From assembly GCF_030077865.1 (NCBI RefSeq), contig NZ_JASDDP010000015.1: a stretch of DNA of 24,000 nucleotides, one strand, 5' to 3'. The position numbers were made by a program, and so were the translations under genes. This document shows positions 10,563-21,250 of this stretch, in pieces. The stretch is from Mycoplasma phocimorsus. GTDB lineage: Bacteria > Bacillota_I > Bacilli_A > Mycoplasmatales > Metamycoplasmataceae. The stretch's first letter is position 1; every line of letters begins with the position of its first letter. Below the pieces are notes generated by a model. That model had not been told where the DNA came from and did no database searches. It saw nothing but the letters and a program-made list of their open reading frames with translations.

Positions 10563-10763
10563 TTTAAATTTCCTTTTGTTTGTTGTTCTACCTAATGCTT
10601 CTAAATATAGAACTTTTTCTTAAAAAAGCACATCCATACAATTCACATTAGTGGTTGATTTATATAATCTATATTATTTTAATATAAAATATAAATTTTA
10701 TATAAATTTTTTATACAAGTGGTAATGCAAAATTATAAAAACTGAATTCATATTTAAATTTAG

Positions 10764-11489
10764 TTAAATAAATTTTTCAATATTTTTTCAAAGATAAGCA
10801 ACATTTTCTCTCGATAATTTTATATTATTAAAAAATGTTTTATCAAAATCATTTATGATTCAAAAATATATCATATTTTCTTTTTCTTTGTAATGTACAT
10901 TGCTATTTAAAAATTTAAGTAATCTAGTATTATAAATTTTTTCCAGTGTAGGAAATTCTACTATGCCTTCAAGCTTAATAAATTCAATTATTTTTATTTG
11001 ATAATTTTCATTAATTTCTTTGAGTTTAATTTTTCCTTTATTTTTAAAATTTTTAATTGCTTTATTTGCTAATTTAAATATCTTGAAATATGTTATAAGT
11101 GTAAAAAAACTAATAATCATATAAAAAAGAAATGGAACTATATTTAGTGATAAAAAAAGCGACTTATAATCAGCAAAATTATTAAAATTATTTCAATTTA
11201 AAGAAATTATAAAAATACTAGCAAAAAATAATAAAAATAAAATTAAAATAAAAAACATCTTATAAATTAAAAAATTTTTTAAAGTTTTTAAAAATTTATT
11301 ATAAATCTTAAAAAATCCTTTTTCAATAAAAATATCATATTTCTCATTAAATTCATTTAAAATAATAGCTTTTTGCTTAATAAAATGTTTTACAAAAATA
11401 ATATATTTACTAAAAAGTAAATAAAATAGCGGTTCAAATAATGCTAAAAAAATTAAAATAAATAATAATATTAAATAAAAATTAATCAT
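10764..11489 (-). CDS. Hypothetical membrane protein, 241 aa, about 3 predicted TM segments plus a charged C-terminal region
   Basis: ORF-track pieces 11193-11519 and 10860-11120 are in one frame, joined by two TGA codons and ending at TAA 10764-10766 (verified by index). ATG 11489 lies 1 nt after the pepC stop. Hydrophobic runs include 'MINFYLILLFILIFLALF', 'MFFILILFLLFFASIFIISL' and 'IVPFLFYMIISFFTLITYF'. No recognisable family. Confidence 0.6.
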
Positions 11490-11490
11490 T

Positions 11491-12795
11491 TTACATAGGA
11501 TCAAATAAATCGGCTTCAACTGGGTCTTTTTCTAGCGCTTCAAGAATATTACTTGAAACATATTTAGGATTAATAATCGCTCCAAAACAATACTCATCAA
11601 ATCATTGATCACTCATTGAAAAGTATCCTTTTTCACCAATTTTTTCTCCCCATGAATTTTCCACTTCTCATTTAATTACATTATTATTTTCATCTAAATC
11701 AACCCCTACAAATGTCATTGCGTGTGTTGGAGAAGAAAGTGAAAAATTAACACGGTCAGCTTTTGTTAAAATATTAAAAGGGCTTAAAGAATTGTTAATA
11801 TCAAAAACATCTAAATCCATAATTCCTGCTTTTTTATCAATATATGGACTCATATCGCAATCAAATCAAACTGGTTGTCCATCTTTTAATGAATTTATAA
11901 TGCTAATTTTCAAATCATTTAACTCAACATTAATATATTCTAAAGCTTTTTTATCATTAACAGTTTTAAATAGACTTGATTTTACAAGTGTATTTTTTGG
12001 ATATCTATTACGAGGATCAGCTGTTAAATTAACAAAGTTTTTATAATCTGGACTACAGAATTTTTCTAAAAATGTTAATGGAGTTAAATTAGTGTGTCTA
12101 ATAAATTTATCATCTTTATCACGATATTCATAATCAAAAACATTTATAGGTTGACCTAAACATTTTGATAAAATTTCATAAACTTTTTCTAAAGATGCAA
12201 TTCTTATATCTTGTATTTCTTTTTCACTTTTTGCTTCTCTTAAAAGCTTTGCACTTGAAATTAAATGTCACTTTAATACTTCATTCATTTGTGTTGTTGA
12301 AGAAGAAGATACAGTCTCTTGCATTATACTTTTAGGAACGACACCATACTTACTTATAAGTGATTCTACTCACTCTCAATATCCTCCATCAGCTGCTCCA
12401 AATTCAAGTATTCTATTAAATAAACGATCTTGAAATTCTAATTTTGGAAATTTTAAAATTAAGTCCATAAAAGTATTAGCCTTTTCCATTTTTTCTCAAA
12501 ACATTGTATATGCTTGTGAAAATTCAAATTTATCAGTATTAAGAATTTTCATTGTATCTACTTTAAGAGTATTTAAAGCAGCAAAAATTCAACATCTACC
12601 AGTATTTTTTTGATCTGTCATTCCTCCTTTTTTAACTTGAGTTGAAAAGACATTATTATGTTTTACTCTAACATTATTATTATAAATAGAATTATAAACA
12701 CCATTTTTAGTAATTGCATTTTCTACTATCTTATTAATAGGGTTGCTATTGTAATTTTCTATAAATTTTTGTATTAAATTATTTGTTATTTTCAT
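11491..12795 (-). CDS. pepC: Aminopeptidase C (bleomycin hydrolase-type cysteine peptidase, family C1B), 434 aa
   Basis: The whole gene was translated triplet by triplet, with many TGA but no TAA or TAG. Active-site Cys 'DQKNTGRCWIFAALN', His 'SPTHAMTFVGVD' and 'WEVENSWGEKIGEKGYF' are present. The ATG overlaps the smc stop (TAATG). Confidence 0.9.
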
Positions 12796-15716
12796 TATTT
12801 CTCCTGACTGATTATATTTTGAGCTTGATCTAAACTCACACTAAAAAAGGTTGTAATACCACGATTTTGCATTGTTGCTCCAATAAGATTATCAACATTA
12901 GCCATTGTTCCGTGACGATGGGTAATAACTAAAAACTGCGTATCTTTTTTAAGTTTTTGTAAATAATTTACATAACGTATCACATTAGTTTCATCAAGTG
13001 CAGCTTCAACTTCATCTAAAATGCAAAGAGGCATTGGTTTCCATTTAATTATTGCAAATAATAATGAAATTGCAATAATTGATTTTTCCCCTCCTGAAAA
13101 TAATCTTAAATTTTTCACTGTTTTTCCTGGGGGTTGAGCCTCAATATCAATTCCTGATTCTAAAATATTATTTGGATCGGAAAATTTAACTCTAGCACTT
13201 CCTCCACCAAACATGGAACTAAAAACTTCATTAATTTCTTTATCAACTTTTTCGACTACTTGTGATAATTTATTGATAATGATACTATCTAAATTTGCTT
13301 TCGCTTCTTCAAGCTTTGCTTTTGTTGAACTAATTTCTTCATATTGTTGTAATAATAAAGAATATTCATTTTGAACTGTTTCAAATTCATTAATAGAATC
13401 TAAATTAACATTCCCTAAATCATTTATTTCAGATTTTAATGATTTAGTAATTTTTCTAGCCAATTCTATTTCCATACTTAAGCTAAATTGCTCTCTAGCT
13501 AATTCATATGTTATTTTATAATATGAGTTTAATCTCTCATTTGAAATTTTAAGAATATTATTTGCACGATCTTTTAAAGTTGTTTTACTATAAAATTGTT
13601 TTTCAATATTTCTTAATTTTGCCTCATCTTGAGTTTTAATTATAAATTCATCATTTATGGAAGTTGAATTTAAAGAAACTTGTTTTACAAATGAATCAAT
13701 TTGGGCTTCAAAATCTTCTTTAAGAATACGTAATTCGTCAATATTTTCTAATTTTACTCCATCAATTTTTAACTCTTCGCTAGTAATTTGTGAAAATTTA
13801 CTTTTTGCTGATGCAATAGCATTATCAATTAATTCATTCTGAATTTTTGAAGTGCTTATTTTTTCTTTATAAGAAAAAATATCTGTCACAAGTGATTCAA
13901 TTTCAATTTTTACATCATTTAATTGTTCATTAAGTAATTGAATTTTTTTATTAGCAATATTAATATATGAATTTAATTTTTCCAATTCCTCTTCGTGTCC
14001 AAAAATTTTATTAATAAATTTTTCTCCACCTTGAATAACTCCTCGAGCTCTTACAATATCTCCATCAAGAGTAACAATTGTATATCTTTTATCAAGAATA
14101 TCAGATATTTTAGTAGCATTTTCAATAGTATCTGCTACTAAAATATCACCAAGTAATGATTTAGGAAGGGGAGAAAATTCTGGTGAAACTTTAGCAAGAT
14201 TTGATGCAATATCAACAAAACCTTCAAGACCATCAATTATATATTCATGTTCTTTTCTAATAAATTTAGGAGAAATAGAACTAAGGGGAATAAATGTTGC
14301 TCTACCTGCATTATTTTTCTTTAAAAAATTCACACATGCAACAGCCGTTTGTGAATTATCTACAACTATATTTTGGTATGAACCCTGAAGAATTACTGCC
14401 ATAGCATCTTGATATTTGCTTTCGAAACTCATTAAATCTTTAACTAAGCCTTTAATACCTTTAAAGATATATTTACTATCAATAATAGCTTTTGTCCCTC
14501 TTGAAAGATTTGTTCTATTTTTTACATCTTCTTGAAGAGATAAAATTTTACTATTTGCAATTGTTTTTTTATTATTTAATTCATTAATAGAATGCAAAAT
14601 ATTATTTTCAGTTTCCTGTTTAGATTTAAGTAATTCTTTTAATTCTTTTTCTTTTTCTTCAAATGCAGAAATTTGAGAAACTTTTATCTCTTTTTCTTTG
14701 CTTTTAAAGGCAATTTCTTCTTTTAAAGCCTTAATTATATCTTGAATATTAGCACCAGAATGTCCTTCAAGAATCATTTTTCTATTTTCTTGCATGCTAG
14801 CTTCAGTTATTTCTACTTGTCTTATTCTTTTATCTATTTGCTTTAATTCTTCTCTTAAATGTTCTATTTTTTGATTAAGTTGTGAATTAATACTATTTTT
14901 TTTATAAATAATATCTTCACTGTTTAAAATTTTTGTTCTTAATTGCTCTTTAGATTTTTCAACGGCATCTAACTCGTCAGAAACTAACTCAATTGTTTTT
15001 AAACTTGAAGTAATATCCTCAACTAAAAGTGCTATTTCTATTTGTTTTAATTCTTCAGCTTTTTCCACATAAATCTTTGCTTTTGAAGATTGTTTTTCCA
15101 ATTTTTCAAGTTGTTTCTTACTATTGTTAAGCTTTAGCTCAATTTTATCTATATCAATTTGAATACGATCTAAACTAGCTTGTGCTTCAATTTTTCTAGC
15201 TTTATGAAGCGATACACCAGCCGCTTCTTCAAAAATAGCTCTTCTTTCAATTGGACTATTTTCTGCTATTTTAGATACTGTTCCTTGTGAAATTATTGCT
15301 AAAGAAGATTTACCTATACCTGAACGCATAGCAATTTCTTTTATATCTTTTGCTTTAGCAATTTCATTATTAATATAATACTCATTTCCATCTTTATTTC
15401 GATCAATAACTCTTGAAATAGTAAATTCTTTACCTAAATGTTCTATTTCATTATCAGAATTATCAAAAGTAAGACTAACTTGAGCACGTTCCATTTCTTT
15501 AGCAGTTTTAGAACCAGAAAAAATAACATCAAGCATTTTACTTCCTCTTAATTGTTTGCTTGATGCTTCACCTAAAACTCACTTAACGGCATCATTAATA
15601 TTTGATTTACCCGACCCATTAGGTCCAACAATTGCTGTTAACCCTCCATCAAAACTTAAGGTTATTGGATCAGCAAATGATTTAAAACCATGAGCGTATA
15701 TTTTAATTAATTTCAT
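12795..15716 (-). CDS. smc: Chromosome partition protein Smc, 973 aa
   Basis: N-terminal Walker A '[25 protein letters not shown]' joins through TGA to ORF-track piece 12795-15536. Long coiled coils are present, with hinge '[10 protein letters not shown]...VVDN...A' and C-terminal signature '[18 protein letters not shown]' plus Walker B '[12 protein letters not shown]'. SD GGAG precedes ATG 15716. Confidence 0.95.
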
Positions 15717-15729
15717 TATTCTCCATTCA

Positions 15730-16461
15730 TTAATTAGTATTTTGAGTGTACTTTTTAAGTCCTAAAATTGCTGCCTGAGTTTCAGCATCTCTTTTTGTTT
15801 TACCTATACCAACACCAAAAATCATTCCTGAAACACTTAATGTTGATTCAAACATTACTTTTTTGTCAATTATTACCTCATGAGTGAAATATTTGATTAT
15901 TCCTATTTTTTTATTACTTTGTACCAATGTTTGAAACATGCTTTTTGGATGAGATTTATTATTATTTATCTCTAAAAATTCTTGTTTTATAGTTGGCTTT
16001 AAAATAATATTTAAATAATTATATACTTCTTCAGAACCTTGATCATAATAAATAGCGCCCACTAATGCTTCAAAAATATCGCCAAAAATTTTGTTTTTAT
16101 TAGATATTTCTAGATCGCTTATTTCATGACGCAAAAGATCTTGCATATTATTATTTAACGCAAGATCAGCTAAAGTTTGATTTTTAACAATATTACTTCT
16201 TAATTCAGTAGCTATACCTGGATTATAATTTTTGTTTTTCATTAAATAATTAAAAATTAATTTAGAAGAATAAAGATTTATTATTGAATCACCAATAAAT
16301 TCAAGTAATTCATAACTTTTAACTTTCTTATGATTATTTATATAAGAACCATGAGTAAAGGCAGTTATATATAAAGTTATATTTTTAGGTTTTATTTTAA
16401 ATTTATCAAGAAAAGCAAGCAATCTTGGAATGTAAAGTTTTTCTGAATTATTCAAGTTCAC
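15730..16461 (-). CDS. rnc: Ribonuclease III
   Basis: RNase III signature '[12 protein letters not shown]' and '[14 protein letters not shown]' are present, with a C-terminal dsRBD ending '[16 protein letters not shown]'. The start is uncertain because there is no ATG. GTG 16461 follows GAGGAAG at suitable spacing. TTG codons at 16497 and 16455 are alternatives. Confidence 0.85.
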   Translation of the reverse strand: MNLNNSEKLYIPRLLAFLDKFKIKPKNITLYITAFTHGSYINNHKKVKSYELLEFIGDSIINLYSSKLIFNYLMKNKNYNPGIATELRSNIVKNQTLADLALNNNMQDLLRHEISDLEISNKNKIFGDIFEALVGAIYYDQGSEEVYNYLNIILKPTIKQEFLEINNNKSHPKSMFQTLVQSNKKIGIIKYFTHEVIIDKKVMFESTLSVSGMIFGVGIGKTKRDAETQAAILGLKKYTQNTN

Positions 16462-17431
16462 GTTTAACTTCCTCAAGTATATTTTTTTCAAGAGCAATTT
16501 TAACTTGATTTAAAGCTCCTAAAAATGATTTTTTATCACTTGATCCATGTGTTTTAATCACAATTTTATTTAAACCAATTACTCAAGCGGCTCCAACATT
16601 ACGATAATCAAATTTTTCACCTACTTCTTTAAAAGCCGGTTTTAAAAGTAAAGCTAAAAATTTTCTTCAACCTGTTTTTAAAATTGATTCTTTTAAAAGT
16701 GATTTAAAAACAAGAATAGCCCCTTCCATTGATTTAAGAATTAAGTTGCCTGAAAATCCATCAATAATTGCAATATCAGTTTCATTATTAAGTAAAATTC
16801 TAGGTTCTATAAAACCTTGATAATTAATAGTAAATTCTTGTTGAAGTAAGCTGGCAGTTTCTCTTACTAAAGTAGTCCCCTTATATTCTTCTTCTCCAAT
16901 ATTAATAAGTTTAACAATAGGATTTTCTTTATTAAACATGTGTTTATAAAAACTAGAAGATAATTTTGCTCACTCAAGTAATTGTTGAGCCGTATTTTCA
17001 CGATTAGCACCAACATCAAGTAATAAAAATTGTTTATCTTTTTTTATAGTCGGAATAAAAGGCATAAATGCAGGTCTTGAAATATTTGGCATTCTACCAA
17101 TTAAAAATGTACTAGAAGCAAGATACATTCCGCTATCACCACAACTAAGAACGGCATCTGCTTCATCATTTTTTACCATTTTAATTGCATCAATCATTGA
17201 AGAAGATTGATTTAATACTGAACGAAATTGTTGAGTAAATTTAAGAGTAATTTTCGAATCTTTAATTTTAATATTATTTAACTTTTTTTTATAATGTTTA
17301 TTAATTTCATCTTCATTACCAACAAGAATAATTTCAAAAGTAGGATTTTGCTCCACAAATTGAACGCTAGCTTGTATTGCTGGTAAGATTCCTTTATCAT
17401 TACCCATAATATCAAAAGCAATTTTTTTCAT
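16448..17431 (-). CDS. plsX: Phosphate acyltransferase PlsX, 327 aa
   Basis: Pieces 16970-17431 and 16667-16939, plus a tail to TAA 16448-16450, join through TGA codons; the tail was verified triplet by triplet. Motifs include 'IAFDIMGND', 'AVLSCGDSGMYLASS', 'DVGAN' and 'IKTHGSSD'. The ATG overlaps the fakA stop (TAATG). Confidence 0.92.
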
Positions 17432-19056
17432 TATTCAACTCCTATTAAAAAATGATAATTTGGTTGTGCGCCATTATAAATTTCAACTTCAACCTCATAG
17501 TTATTTTTAATAAATTCAGCTAGCTCTTCAGCATCATTTTCTGAAGCATTATCACCATAGAATAATGTTACAATTTCACTATCCTTATTAATTGAAGCTT
17601 CTAAAACTTTTTTTGCTGCATCTATATATGTTTTTGAACAAGCTATTATTTTATTATTTAAAATTGAAAGAAATGAGCCTTCAACAATTTTGATTCCTTC
17701 TATTGTAGTAGTTCTAACTGCTGTAGTTACTTGACCAGATTTTACATTTTGATATGCTTCACTCATAAGTTCTTTATTTTCAGCAGCTGATGCGTCTTTA
17801 TTAAAATAAAGAAGGGCAGATAATCCTTGAATTTGTGTTTTTGTAGGAATAATTATTATTTTCTTATCCATAATTGTTTGAGCAGCTTGTTGGGCTGTCA
17901 AAATAATATTTGAATTATTAGGAAGAATAAAAACAGTTTCAGCATTGCATTTATTAATAGCTTCAATAATTTGAGCACTCGAAGGATTTTGTGTCTGTCC
18001 TGATTCAATAATATTGTCACAGCCATTTTGTTTAACTTGTTCAATAATACCTTGACCTAGATTACATGAAATTACGGCACATTTATCGGGAGCCTCATCC
18101 TCATTATTAACTGATTTAATATTATTTTTTGTTTCATTAGCTTGTAATGACATATTATCTATTTTTATTTTTCTAAATTCGCCATATTTTTGAGCTATAT
18201 TAAGTAATTTTCCAGGAAAAAGAGTATGACCATGAACTTTTAAAAGTTCCACATCATTAATAACAACTAAACTATTTGCTAAATTAGAAATAACTTTAAT
18301 AAGTTCATCTTTTTTAAAGTTTTCTGGTTCATTTAAAGTTAGAATAAATTCTGTGCAATATCCAAACTCTCCTTCATATATTTCAGTGTTTGAAATAAAT
18401 GAATTAATTTCTCCTTCTTTATCAAGAAGTTCAACTGGTTCATTATTTAAAGATTTCGCAATACCTTCTATAATCAAAAATAAACCTTCTCCACCCGAAT
18501 CATTAACACCAACTTCTCTTAAAACTTTAAGTTTGTTTGGTGTATTATTACAAGCTATTCTTGTAAATACAACAGCTTCATTCATAAATTGCGCTGGTGA
18601 AAGTTTTGAAATATTTAAAGTCTTAAGTGCTTCATAAGTTTCGCGAATAACAGTTAAAATAGTTCCTTCAACAGGTTTTAAAACTGAAGCATATGCTTTT
18701 TTAGTAGCTTCTTCAAAACCAATTAATAATTCATTAACATCAATTTCTTTTTTTCCTTGAAATGCATTTGAAAAACCTTTAAAAATTTGCGAAAGAATAA
18801 CACCTGAATTTCCTCTAGCACCCATTAACATACTTCTATCTGTAACATTTGCTACATCGTAAAGATTGATAAATTCTGTTTTTTGTAAATCTTTTTTAGC
18901 CTCTTCTATAGTTGAAGACATATTAGTTCCTGTATCACCATCAGGAACTGGAAAAACATTTAAACTATCAATTTTATTCTTATTGTTAATTAAATTATTT
19001 GCTCCAGAAATAATTGCATCTTTTCATTGACTAGCTGTTATTTTACTGTTATTCAT
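17431..19056 (-). CDS. fakA: DAK2-domain fatty acid kinase subunit FakA (YloV family), 541 aa
   Basis: The N-terminus 'MNNSKITASQWKDAIISGANNL...LNVFPVPDGDTGTNM' was verified by index and joins ORF-track piece 17431-18921. 'MGARGNSGVILSQ' is typical of the Dak2 domain. The yloU-yloV gene order is conserved. Confidence 0.85.
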
Positions 19057-19357
19057 AGATAACTCCTTTTATGAAAATCGAAATATTTGCAATTTTGATT
19101 TGTTCCTGTTTTGCTTGATACTTAATTGTTGTTGTTAATTTTTTAATAATGTTTTCAATATTTAAATAGTCTTTAACTAAAATAGAAAATTCTATCGCAT
19201 AACCTTTGCTAGTTCCTTGAATATTAACATAGTTAAATCATTGATCTCTTTCTATAACAAGAATTTCTTGTTTATCTTTATTGCAATCAACCACTGAAAC
19301 AATACCTGGTGTTATTTCAATAGATTCACTGATTATTTCTTTTATTTTATCAATCAT
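19049..19357 (-). CDS. Asp23/Gls24-family (YloU-like) small protein, 102 aa
   Basis: The ORF runs from ATG 19357 (SD GAAGGA) to TAA 19049-19051 with one TGA, translated by index. The end 'IKIANISIFIKGV' resembles the Asp23 family C-terminus. Its position directly upstream of fakA, with an 8-nt overlap, matches yloU-yloV in Firmicutes. Confidence 0.65.
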
Positions 19358-19390
19358 GTGTACATCCTTCTTAAATTTAGTTTTATATAT

Positions 19391-19420
19391 ATTTTAATAT
19401 ATATATTACTTTTTGTTCAA
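19391..19420 (-). promoter_or_regulatory. Candidate promoter of the Asp23-fakA-plsX-rnc-smc-pepC operon
   Basis: On the minus strand, TTGAAC (19415-19420) is followed by an 18-nt spacer and TAAAAT (19391-19396), about 35 nt upstream of ATG 19357. The AT-rich context makes this weak. Confidence 0.3.
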
Positions 19421-19431
19421 TTATTTAAGAT

Positions 19432-19459
19432 AAATAAAAAAGTCAGCCTTATGCTGACA
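19432..19459 (-). terminator. Rho-independent terminator after the tRNA pair
   Basis: On the minus strand, gtcagc/gctgac forms a 6-bp stem (19442-19447 with 19453-19458) with a 5-nt loop, followed by ttttttattt. Confidence 0.6.
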
Positions 19460-19461
19460 TT

Positions 19462-19536
19462 TGGCTGCCCCAGTTAGATTCGAACTAACGCATGTCGGTA
19501 CCAAAAACCGATGCCTTACCGCTTGGCTATGGGGCA
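19462..19536 (-). tRNA. tRNA-Gln (anticodon UUG), CCA encoded
   Basis: The cloverleaf was folded by hand: a 7-bp acceptor stem (U1-A72), D loop AAGCGGUAA, anticodon stem UCGGU/ACCGA with loop UUUUGGU, and T arm GUUAG-UUCGAAU-CUAAC. The discriminator is G followed by CCA. Confidence 0.9.
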
Positions 19537-19537
19537 A

Positions 19538-19621
19538 TGGTGGGGGGGGAGGGATTCGAACCCCCGAATCCTAAGAAAGTGGGTTACAGCCACCCGCATT
19601 TGGCCGCTTTGCTACCCCCCC
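19538..19621 (-). tRNA. tRNA-Tyr (anticodon GUA), class II with a long variable arm, CCA encoded
   Basis: The acceptor stem is G7/C7, the D loop is AGCGGCCAAA and the anticodon loop is CUGUAAC. There is a long variable arm, the T loop is UUCGAAU and the 3' end is ACCA. Only 1 nt separates it from tRNA-Gln. Confidence 0.9.
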
Positions 19622-19641
19622 GAATATTTCAAAGCAAAAAT

Positions 19642-19670
19642 ATTATATACTAAAAAATATTGCTCGTAAA
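19642..19670 (-). promoter_or_regulatory. Candidate promoter of the tRNA-Tyr/tRNA-Gln unit
   Basis: On the minus strand, TTTACG (19665-19670) is followed by a 17-nt spacer and TATAAT (19642-19647), about 20 nt upstream of the mature tRNA-Tyr 5' end. Confidence 0.45.
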
Positions 19671-19702
19671 GAAAAATTTTAATTTTTTCTAACATTTTAG
19701 AA

Positions 19703-19729
19703 ATAAAAAAAACGGCTAGCTAGGCCGTT
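19703..19729 (-). terminator. Rho-independent terminator closing the mraZ-rsmH unit
   Basis: On the minus strand, aacggc/gccgtt forms a GC-rich stem (19711-19716 with 19724-19729) with loop ctagcta, followed by a run of 8 T. Confidence 0.7.
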
Positions 19730-19888
19730 ATGTTGTAATATTACAATTTTTGTAAAATATTATCTAAATTTGCTGATTGTTTTTTAATAGAATATTGATA
19801 TCTTACTATCAATAATTTATTTTTCTAATATGAACAACTTAAAATTGAGAATAGCATTTATATTTAAAATATCCCTTTTATTTATAAA

Positions 19889-20803
19889 TTAATCATCAAT
19901 TTTTTCTAGTATACGAAGTTTAGCGCTTCGTGCTCTTTTGTTGAAAAATATTTCTTCATGAGAAGGATTAATAGTTTTTGTTTTATAAATTTGTTTAATC
20001 ATAATTGGTAATTTAGGATCACTAGTTTTAATTAAAGATTTATAAAACTGTTTTACTATTTTATCTTCAAGTGAATGAAAGGTAATTATTAATAGTTTGC
20101 TACCTTTTTTTAAAAATTCTAATGCTTTATTAAGCATAATTTTAATTGAATCAAATTCATTATTCACTTCAATTCTTATAGCTTGAAATATGGGTTTAGC
20201 CATATTTTTTTGTCTATTAAGAGCTGCTGGATAACCTGATTTTATTACTTCAACTAATTGTAATGTACTATTGATTGGACGATTTTTTATAATATGTTGA
20301 GCAATGCGTTTGGATAACTTTACCTGACCATACATATCAAAAATGCGTATTAAATCTTCTAGTGCATATTCATTAATTACTTTTCATGCATCAAGCGTTT
20401 GATTTTGATCCATTCTCATATCAAGGCGAGAATCCTTATTATAGGAAAAGCCTCTTTCTGGTGTGTCAATTTGGACAGAACTAATACCTAGATCTACTAG
20501 AATTCCATCAACTTTAAAAATTTCATTTTCTTTTAAATAGACATCAAAATTTGAAAAATCTGATTTAAATAATTTGAAATTTTGTGAGATTTGAGAAAGA
20601 CGTTCGCTACTTTTTTTTATAGCATAAGAGTCTTTGTCAAATCCGACCAAGCGACCTGAAGACTTTAGTGTAGATAGAATTACTGAAGAATGACCTCCAT
20701 AGCCAATTGTTAAATCAACTATAGTATCATTTTCATTAATATTAAGATTAGAGATTACTTCTTGCAACATTACGGGAATGTGTTTTTGTTTGTTTGTTTC
20801 CAT
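19889..20803 (-). CDS. rsmH: 16S rRNA (cytosine1402-N4)-methyltransferase RsmH (MraW), 304 aa
   Basis: Pieces 20384-20803 and 19889-20335 are in one frame, joined through TGA codons. Motifs include 'HIPVMLQEVI', 'IVDLTIGYGGHS', 'DGILVDLGISSVQID' and 'ITFHSLEDKIVK'. Confidence 0.93.
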
Positions 20804-20810
20804 AATATTA

Positions 20811-21245
20811 CTAACCTCTATCTGCTATTTCCTGAGCTAAAGTCCCAAGTTTTTCACCTGGATTTGTGCCGATTAAATTATCAAAATTAACTTTTTCTCA
20901 GATTTCGACTTTATCGCCTACTCCAATAAAGACAATATTTTTTGTTTTGATAGCAGCTACTGATAAAAATTTATCAGGAATGATAATTCTTCCCGCTGAA
21001 TCAATTACTAACTCTTCAGAAAGTAAAGTAATCATTCTTTTAAGTTGACGCAATTTAGCGTCAAAAGGATCATCAAACTTTTTGTCATTAATTAGTTTTA
21101 TAAAACTTTCAACAGTTTGAAGCGTAATAATGTTATCAAAATCAATTCTAATAACTACACTTTTGCCAAAATCTTTACGAAATTTTGAAGGTATCACTAT
21201 ACGATTTTTTTCATCTAGAGTACGCTCAAATTGACTAAAGAACAT
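20811..21245 (-). CDS. mraZ: Transcriptional regulator MraZ, 144 aa
   Basis: 'MFFSQFERTLDEKNRIVIPSKFR' matches the canonical MraZ N-terminus, and a second SpoVT/AbrB-like half contains 'DSAGRIIIPDKF'. The frame continues through TGA 20898-20900 to TAG 20811-20813, verified by index. The ORF-track GTG at 21254 is an alternative start. Confidence 0.9.
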
Positions 21246-21250
21246 TTCTC

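Noticed and set aside
10563-10763. 200-nt region upstream of rpsB, considered for a defined promoter or S2 autoregulatory leader
   Set aside because: Several TATAAT- and TTGNNN-like hexamers occur, but none has convincing spacing. The small AT-only hairpins are not distinctive enough to call without folding or comparative data.
11491-12795. Apparent fragmentation of pepC (and of plsX, rpsB, rsmH, obg and the permeases) into short ORFs, which could be read as pseudogenes
   Set aside because: All interruptions are TGA. The triplet-by-triplet translation is continuous and conserved once TGA is read as Trp. These are intact genes under table 4.
19542-19621. G8 run (19542-19549) and C7 run (19615-19621), considered as further contingency tracts
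   Set aside because: They are the two strands of the tRNA-Tyr acceptor stem plus part of its T stem. They are structural, not slippage switches.
19830-19892. 20-codon plus-strand ORF (MNNLKLRIAFIFKISLLFIN) in the rsmH 3' spacer
   Set aside because: It is too short, has no SD and converges on the rsmH stop. It is indistinguishable from chance in AT-rich DNA.
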